IMG/VR virus record: IMGVR_UViG_3300036982_000162
Coordinates: 1-30,853 of that record
Strand: one strand, 5' to 3'
Length of the DNA stretch: 30,853 nt
From: a virus
Taxonomy: Duplodnaviria; Caudoviricetes
The notes beneath the pieces are model-generated. The model saw only the letters and a list, made by a program, of their open reading frames with translations. It had not been told where the DNA came from and ran no database searches. The stretch's first letter is position 1, and each line of letters begins with the position of its first letter. The position numbers were made by a program, and so were the translations under genes. This document shows positions 25,828 through 30,853 of the stretch, piece after piece.

Positions 25828-25856
25828 ATTGTAACACAATATAGTCCCTATGTCAA
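25828..25856 (-). promoter_or_regulatory. Strong sigma70-type early promoter for the AAA/VWA operon
   Basis: TTGACA (25856-25851) - 17 bp - TACAAT (25833-25828). Confidence 0.85.
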
Positions 25857-25859
25857 CCT

Positions 25860-26786
25860 TTACACCCAACTGTCGTACTTCTTATTCGCTGCTTTGCCCA
25901 CGGGCAGCAGCACCTTCTCAAATACCTCGGCGCTGTGGTGCCTGTACACAATCTCGCGGAACCTAGGTAGCATTACGTCTGACTGCACGTGTACACCAAT
26001 ATCCGGGAACCTGAGAATGGATGGCCCCCCTCGGATAGCCAGAGCGATCCCAAGGACTGCCTTGTAGAAGTTGCTGTGCTTGCCTTCCTCCGGTTGGTCA
26101 TTCGCCATTAGCTCCATTGGGAAGCCCTCGGTGCGTGCACCAAATCCCCCCGTCTCCACTTCGGTGAACTCGGCTTTGCTAAACGTGACGCTTGGGGGCA
26201 GGGTGTATTTTTCACCCCTGTACGCAATAGTAGATTCCCGTTGTTCCGTCCGCAGGTTCACCATCCCCTTCAGGTACTTCTCAAACTCGCTGTATCTGGC
26301 TCGGACGCCGTTGGCTTTCTTCTTGTTTAACTGCGTTTCGTACACCGGCTCGCTCGATGCCAGTTCCCACGTGAATGGATAGACCTCCAGCCGACGAACC
26401 ACTGTGGTCTTGGTTTTGTGCAGAACAACCTCGGATTCACTACCAAGGCACAGCACATTACTGCCGTTCTTTGAGTAGCAGTTAAGGTACAGTACCCGCT
26501 CAATGAACCCACGGGTTGCGGACGAACCCCACCCACCCATGTTGATCTCCACATCACCATCTGGCTTGAACTCAACCACCGGGGTCGAGTACAGGAAGCA
26601 CTGATAGGACGTAGTGTCATTGAGCGGGTTTACCCGCTTAGCTATACGATAGCTGTCATTCTTCCGATCCCCCAGCGGGCGCACATCCCCAGCCCTTCCA
26701 CGGATAGGCTTGATCTGCTCGTACCGCAGCTTCGCCTCCTCGTACGTCACTATGCGCTTTATGTCTCTCATGCTATTTCTATACAT
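25860..26786 (-). CDS. Hypothetical protein (308 aa; KPIRGR..DVRPLG.R motif)
   Basis: Long ORF with AGGAGG RBS. Confidence 0.8.
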   Translation of the reverse strand: MYRNSMRDIKRIVTYEEAKLRYEQIKPIRGRAGDVRPLGDRKNDSYRIAKRVNPLNDTTSYQCFLYSTPVVEFKPDGDVEINMGGWGSSATRGFIERVLYLNCYSKNGSNVLCLGSESEVVLHKTKTTVVRRLEVYPFTWELASSEPVYETQLNKKKANGVRARYSEFEKYLKGMVNLRTEQRESTIAYRGEKYTLPPSVTFSKAEFTEVETGGFGARTEGFPMELMANDQPEEGKHSNFYKAVLGIALAIRGGPSILRFPDIGVHVQSDVMLPRFREIVYRHHSAEVFEKVLLPVGKAANKKYDSWV

Positions 26787-26800
26787 ACTAACCTCCTAAT

Positions 26801-26953
26801 TTAATTTCCCAACACCAAAACCTTGACACGTTTTAGGGTAGGCCGCAGAGCGGCGAACCGCTCCTTGGCCGCACTCTTGCTCTTGGCCTCGATAACCTCT
26901 GAGTGCCACACGCTGAACCTAGTGCTCCAGCCAGACACAAAGAACCTGATCAC
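26801..26953 (-). CDS. Small basic hypothetical protein (50 aa, not in ORF track)
   Basis: GTGA coupling; VIRFFVSGWSTRFSVWHSEVIEAKSKSAAKERF... Confidence 0.55.
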   Translation of the reverse strand: MIRFFVSGWSTRFSVWHSEVIEAKSKSAAKERFAALRPTLKRVKVLVLGN

Positions 26954-27315
26954 TGCAACCCCTCTGGTATGTCTACTTCATCACCGAGTTTGCTGGCAAC
27001 GTAGCAGCGCATGGCCGCGATCAGGGGTGTTGGGCCGTATTCCTCGGCACGAGCTACACCATCAAACTCTTTATCTTCGTGCACCAAAGCAGCGACCCAA
27101 GAATCAATAGTCCAACCGGCACGAACTACATCTATGGCAATACCCTCCCGCTCAATAATCGGCCCACCTTGCGCCCAGTTGGTTGAAGGTTCGTACCAAC
27201 AAAAATCATCATCACGAAATACCAAATCCACACTATCCCAATCGGTCACTCCCTCACACTTTGCCACTGCCCAATCAAGGGCTAACAATGTTAGGTCACT
27301 CGTTTTGATCTTCAT
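26950..27315 (-). CDS. DUF2591 / NinX-family phage protein
   Basis: LDWAVAKCEG...PSTNWAQGGPIIERE.I...GPTPLIAAMRCYVASKLGDEV; ATG 27315. Confidence 0.85.
   Translation of the reverse strand: MKIKTSDLTLLALDWAVAKCEGVTDWDSVDLVFRDDDFCWYEPSTNWAQGGPIIEREGIAIDVVRAGWTIDSWVAALVHEDKEFDGVARAEEYGPTPLIAAMRCYVASKLGDEVDIPEGLQ
27282..27294. repeat. Dispersed palindrome CTAACAATGTTAG, copy 6 (inside DUF2591 gene)
   Basis: Exact match. Confidence 0.95.
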
Positions 27316-27544
27316 TCCTGCTCTCCTGTATTTCATAAAATATCTGGGCCAATACGCCGATCACGTTCATCGGCGCAACTTCGCACTTCTCCGCTCCATA
27401 CACCAGCGCATGGCTAAGCGCAGTCATCATCGTCGCAGGGTCTGAGCCTGCGAGGGACAGGATCAGGTCTATCTTCTGATTCATGCTTTGCTGCTGCGCC
27501 TCGGTGAACAGGGCACGGGCTCCGAGCTCCGCTTTCTTACTCAT
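27296..27544 (-). CDS. Hypothetical protein
   Basis: 82 aa, GGAGG RBS. Confidence 0.7.
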   Translation of the reverse strand: MSKKAELGARALFTEAQQQSMNQKIDLILSLAGSDPATMMTALSHALVYGAEKCEVAPMNVIGVLAQIFYEIQESRNEDQNE

Positions 27545-27778
27545 GCTTCTCCTCCCAGTGCATCTATCCTTCTCATTTCATTTCTCCTTTGTGTGTTGGT
27601 TCAAATTCATCCTCGGTGATTTTGCACAGGTAGCGCAGTTTGTCTGCAACCACTTCTAACACTTTGTTTGCCCTATAAGCATGGTCGTAACCACCCATGC
27701 CAAGAATCTCTTTGGCGTGCCGCACCCGCTTGAGTAGGTCTTTCAATTCGTCGTTCATGCTTCTCCTCCCAGTGCATC
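27541..27778. repeat. 24-bp direct repeat TCATGCTTCTCCTCCCAGTGCATC (27541-27564, 27755-27778) flanking one gene
   Basis: Exact copies. Confidence 0.92.
27573..27758 (-). CDS. Hypothetical protein (61 aa)
   Basis: MNDELKDLLKRVR..., RBS supplied by the 24-bp repeat. Confidence 0.65.
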   Translation of the reverse strand: MNDELKDLLKRVRHAKEILGMGGYDHAYRANKVLEVVADKLRYLCKITEDEFEPTHKGEMK

Positions 27779-27964
27779 CATGTAGTTGTCCAGTGCACCA
27801 ATGCACTCAAAGTTGCTCGTGTCTTGTTGGAGCATGTCGGCATCGTGGTCCTGCACAAAGAAGTTCTTACCTGTACGCTGGCAGGTGACTGAGTACGCCC
27901 ACCCGTTGCCGAGTGACTCGATGTGGTACTTGTTGTTTTCTGTTGTGAATGTGTTGGTAATCAT
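27755..27964 (-). CDS. Hypothetical protein
   Basis: Start moved to ATG 27964 (MITNTFTT), GGAG RBS. Confidence 0.65.
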   Translation of the reverse strand: MITNTFTTENNKYHIESLGNGWAYSVTCQRTGKNFFVQDHDADMLQQDTSNFECIGALDNYMDALGGEA

Positions 27965-28059
27965 GGTTTCATCTCCACTAAAAGGTAATAGAACAGCGGC
28001 CCACCGAGCAGGGCAGCAACTATGCTGGCGTGAATTAGTTCCCGTAAAAAGCGTTTCAT
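27961..28059 (-). CDS. Small membrane peptide (32 aa, not in ORF track)
   Basis: MKRFLRELIHASIVAALLGGPLFYYLLVEMKP; AGGAGG RBS and ATGA overlaps at both ends. Confidence 0.65.
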   Translation of the reverse strand: MKRFLRELIHASIVAALLGGPLFYYLLVEMKP

Positions 28060-28226
28060 GCTCCTCCTCCTGCATCTTCAATAGACTCGACGCTCCAGAA
28101 CCCTTCTTCGCGGGGGTTGGTGCGCTCTAACTCCTCCCACGCTTTGGCCTCGGCTTCGTCAGGATTGTTTGCTTCGATGGTGAGCACCACGTAGGACTCC
28201 CGTTTTAGTTCGACTTCAAATATCAT
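28056..28226 (-). CDS. Small acidic hypothetical protein
   Basis: MIFEVELKRES...IEA.N.DEAE.KAW; ATGA-coupled. Confidence 0.65.
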   Translation of the reverse strand: MIFEVELKRESYVVLTIEANNPDEAEAKAWEELERTNPREEGFWSVESIEDAGGGA

Positions 28227-28459
28227 GTCTGCACCTCTTTGATGGATAGACCCGCAGTTGTTCTGCGCATGGTGCACAGGGGCACAGTCGTTGCCTTCTC
28301 CCTCTCGGCTACTATAGCCAAGCCGTATTGGCCGAGCACGATGCGCACGGCCATGTTCCTACGTGCACCACGCAGGGTTGCTGCGTAGCCAGTTGATGCT
28401 GGCTTCTTGCCCGATGCGTTCGGGGTTTCAAAGTATTGGGTAATGTATGGGCGCTTCAT
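28223..28459 (-). CDS. Hypothetical basic protein
   Basis: MKRPYITQYF..., GGAG RBS, ATGA-coupled. Confidence 0.6.
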   Translation of the reverse strand: MKRPYITQYFETPNASGKKPASTGYAATLRGARRNMAVRIVLGQYGLAIVAEREKATTVPLCTMRRTTAGLSIKEVQT

Positions 28460-28659
28460 TTCGTTTCTCCAATCAGTTTGTCGTACAGTTTCCACGCCGT
28501 GCACGTGGGGCAGCCTTCCTCATGCTCGGGGCACCTCTCGCCCCAATAGAACAGAACAGCTTCGTGCACTGGGTTGTTGTCCGGTTCTATCGGCCATGTT
28601 TGCTCCAGCTTCTTCAATTCCGCCAGAGTCATTACCCCTACTTTGTTTGCTTCACTCAT
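28456..28659 (-). CDS. Hypothetical protein with Cys motif (WGERCP....GCPTC.AW)
   Basis: 67 aa, AAGGAG RBS. Confidence 0.7.
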   Translation of the reverse strand: MSEANKVGVMTLAELKKLEQTWPIEPDNNPVHEAVLFYWGERCPEHEEGCPTCTAWKLYDKLIGETK

Positions 28660-28892
28660 GTCCGTATCTCCTTTGGGTTAGTTTGCTTTAAAGTTGTGTG
28701 TACTGCGGTAGGGGTAATGAACTGATAGTTACCCTTGGTGTATTCCTGCACCACGGTCCATCCCCTTCGTTCGGTCGTTGCGGCTTCTTCACCGCACCAC
28801 AGGCAGAGCCTGTACCCTATGGCTACTCGCCGAGGGTCTATGTCATCACCGCACTCTGTGCAGGTGTGGAGGAGGGCTTTTACTTGGCCCAT
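28656..28892 (-). CDS. TraR/DksA-like C4 zinc-finger protein
   Basis: CTECGDDIDPRR..IGYRLCLWCGE resembles the DksA/TraR CxxCGxxIxxxR...CxxC finger. Confidence 0.55.
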   Translation of the reverse strand: MGQVKALLHTCTECGDDIDPRRVAIGYRLCLWCGEEAATTERRGWTVVQEYTKGNYQFITPTAVHTTLKQTNPKEIRT

Positions 28893-29098
28893 TAGATGCT
28901 GTACCCGTTGAGGAACCGGGCAGTCTCCAGCACGTTCTCGGGCTCGACTATCGTCAAGCCCTCGTACTCATTGTCGATGTCGCCGAACTCGGCAGACCCG
29001 TCTATGTCCATGTCTGGATCGACGGTGTTGCAGTTGAGGTAGTGAGCAGGCATGAACCCGCTCCAGCCTGTGTCTACAGGACGTACTGAATTTCTCAT
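28892..29098 (-). CDS. Small acidic hypothetical protein, first gene of early operon
   Basis: 68 aa directly downstream of the promoter at 29170-29198. Confidence 0.65.
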   Translation of the reverse strand: MRNSVRPVDTGWSGFMPAHYLNCNTVDPDMDIDGSAEFGDIDNEYEGLTIVEPENVLETARFLNGYSI

Positions 29099-29169
29099 GA
29101 TCTAACCTTTCTAATGGTTTGTGTTTACTTCTAACTAGGCTTGGGACGCTCTGCCCCTAACCAGACTAT

Positions 29170-29198
29170 AGTATAACACAATGTTACGTCTATGTCAA
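29170..29198 (-). promoter_or_regulatory. Strong sigma70-type early promoter
   Basis: TTGACA (29198-29193) - 17 bp - TATACT (29175-29170). Confidence 0.88.
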
Positions 29199-29220
29199 GT
29201 ATTTGGGTGTGACCTTCAAT

Positions 29221-29258
29221 TGCTTAAAAAATAGGCAACTGCTTAAAAAATAGGCAGT
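29221..29258. repeat. Two tandem copies of 19-bp TGCTTAAAAAATAGGCA(AC/GT)
   Basis: 29221-29239 and 29240-29258. Confidence 0.95.
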
Positions 29259-29659
29259 TGCCGGTGTCGGGCAGGGGAAGTTATGGAAGTGCTATAAAGT
29301 TAGGAGTGGTTTTTGCGAATGTCACGCAGGGGAGTTTTTTTGGTGAATTTGTAAGTGGTTGATCTATAACTTGATTTTTATATATATTATATTATATTGT
29401 AGTAGTAAGTGCTGGTGTGATATAGTTACGTGATAAAAATGATATGGCGTCCGAAACGGTCTGTGCTACAATTTGCTCTTGGCGCGTTTTTCTTGCAATC
29501 TGCACTTTTTCAACCACCATACCCATGCTGTAACAATATAACAAATAACATCATAGCAAGGAACCCTTGTGCCGCAGGGCTTCCAGCCCGTTTTTCACAA
29601 TCTAAAAATAACATTAGGCCCTCCAAACGTAACGCAAAGGCCCGAAACGTAACCCCAAC

Positions 29660-29818
29660 TGCTTAAAAAATAGGCAGTTGCTTAAAAAATAGGCAACTGC
29701 TTAAAAAATAGGCAGTTGCTTAAAAAATAGGCAGTTGCTTAAAAAATAGGCAACTGCTTAAAAAATAGGCAGTCCGAGAAGAATGTAACAATAAGCAACT
29801 GCTTAAAAAATAGGCAAC
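29660..29818. repeat. Six tandem plus one isolated copy of 19-bp TGCTTAAAAAATAGGCA(AC/GT)
   Basis: Units start at 29660, 29679, 29698, 29717, 29736, 29755 and 29800. Confidence 0.97.
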
Positions 29819-29851
29819 GGGTAAGGTTAACAGCGTAAACATTAGGCAATG

Positions 29852-29972
29852 GGGCTACCCCCACACAGGGAACTGGTAAAAAAGACTTGACAAACGCAAA
29901 AAATACTGATATGCTGCACGCAGCATATCACCCAGACTTAGGGCTACCCCCGCACAGAGAACTGGTAAAAAA
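29852..29972. repeat. 32-bp imperfect direct repeat GGGCTACCCCC(A/G)CACAG(G/A)GAACTGGTAAAAAA
   Basis: 29852-29883 and 29941-29972, 2 mismatches. Confidence 0.92.
29887..29930 (+). promoter_or_regulatory. Plus-strand sigma70-like promoter with an 11-bp inverted repeat overlapping the -10
   Basis: TTGACA (29887-29892) - 17 bp - TATGCT (29910-29915); TGATATGCTGC-ac-GCAGCATATCA at 29907-29930. Confidence 0.6.
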
Positions 29973-30020
29973 CAAAAATTTTTTTCGGGTCAGGCGTTTC
30001 TGGCTTCCTGAGTACAGACG

Positions 30021-30046
30021 AAAAAAAGCCCGATCGAAACCGGGCT
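30021..30046 (-). terminator. Intrinsic terminator after the 172-aa gene
   Basis: AGCCCGG-tttcga-TCGGGCT followed by a T run; preceded by a perfect GGGGTAGGG/CCCTACCCC hairpin at 30055-30076. Confidence 0.85.
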
Positions 30047-30082
30047 AAGTGGAAGGGGTAGGGTAAACCCTACCCCATGTGC

Positions 30083-30601
30083 TTACTTCATAAAGCAGGC
30101 TTTCAACTCTTTGAGAAGGTTTACCGCATCCGCCGCGTCAAAGTCAATATCGTCTTCCTTGTGCTTTCTAATTTGGTCTATCATATCCTGACATTTGGAT
30201 GCGAGACCCTCCCCAAATGTTTTCCGAGTAATTGCGCCACGTTCGGCATCCTCAAACCTACGTAGGTATTCAGTAATTCTCCCCATACAAACCGCAACAG
30301 CAGCTACAGCATGTTTCCTATCCTTTAGTTGTTCGACAGTAAACCCGATTTTGCTTTTCGCAGTTAACAGCGCAACACTTGATGGCGGTTGAGCAAGGGT
30401 AACGATTTGTTCGATAGCATCATAAACGCTCCGATCAAAAGATTCGTTTTTCTCCACAAGCTGAGGGTAACGGATACCTACAGTGTAGACTTGGGAAGCG
30501 GCTAATTGCCACTTTTTGCGTGCTTCTCCCTCAGCGACACAGGCTACAGTAAGAGCCTTAACCACTACGGGGCTAGCAAGGGTCAATTTTTCGTTTGTCA
30601 T
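30083..30601 (-). CDS. Hypothetical helical protein (172 aa), monocistronic
   Basis: GAGG RBS, own promoter and terminator. Confidence 0.8.
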   Translation of the reverse strand: MTNEKLTLASPVVVKALTVACVAEGEARKKWQLAASQVYTVGIRYPQLVEKNESFDRSVYDAIEQIVTLAQPPSSVALLTAKSKIGFTVEQLKDRKHAVAAVAVCMGRITEYLRRFEDAERGAITRKTFGEGLASKCQDMIDQIRKHKEDDIDFDAADAVNLLKELKACFMK

Positions 30602-30673
30602 AAAAACCTCTAATAAACACTAACACCAAGAAACCGCTTGGACGTATGCTGCCAATACTGTCAGCATGGGTAT

Positions 30674-30702
30674 ATTGTAGGACAAAATGACCCCTATGTC
30701 AA
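30674..30702 (-). promoter_or_regulatory. Strong sigma70-type early promoter
   Basis: TTGACA (30702-30697) - 17 bp - TACAAT (30679-30674); shares TTGACATAG with the promoters at 25.8 and 29.2 kb. Confidence 0.85.
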
Positions 30703-30853
30703 GTGTTTACGCTGTTAACCCTATCCCGCGACCCCTACCACCCCTTTTGGCAGCAAGGGACTCCTGAGCCTCTATACACTGTGTGCCGCTCACCCGATAC
30801 TCCAAATTAAACTTTCCGTAACAAAACGCCCCCCGGCGGGGGCGGGGGCGGGA

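Noticed and set aside
29430-29666. Plus-strand 78-aa ORF in the non-coding region
   Set aside because: No clear RBS, atypical composition, and it overlaps the motif-rich control region.
29660-29972. CRISPR or mini-CRISPR array
   Set aside because: The 19-bp units are contiguous without spacers; the 32-bp pair has a 57-bp insert that is a promoter and does not resemble CRISPR repeats I recognise.
30828-30853. GC-rich hairpin-like sequence at the window end
   Set aside because: Truncated by the window edge; it cannot be assigned as a terminator or genome terminus.

Overview
A 30.9-kb piece of a tailed dsDNA phage genome; no integrase, tRNA, CRISPR array or bacterial housekeeping gene is visible. 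Bases 1-4516 (+) are the 3' part of a very large virion/ejection-type polyvalent protein. Nearly everything else is on the minus strand. The replication module (4.6-14.8 kb) has a primase-DUF927 helicase, HTH, SSB-like protein, SNF2 helicase, HNH, Cas4-like nuclease, PolA and VRR-NUC. It is followed by a block of many small, translationally coupled genes (14.9-21.4 kb), an AAA ATPase / metallopeptidase-VWA / DUF3150-like module (21.4-25.8 kb) and small early genes (25.9-29.1 kb). A ~1-kb repeat-rich non-coding region (candidate origin) and a stand-alone gene end the window. The most striking unexplained signal is the 13-bp palindrome CTAACAWTGTTAG: six perfect copies, in all three reading frames, five inside genes and one on a stop codon. 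Its half-site also recurs next to the start codon of operon-leading genes. Other leads are gene cassettes flanked by duplicated gene-end/RBS repeats, a linker-delimited modular protein, a 19-bp iteron-like array and a candidate anti-Shine-Dalgarno sRNA. Family names come from motif recognition by eye, not database searches.
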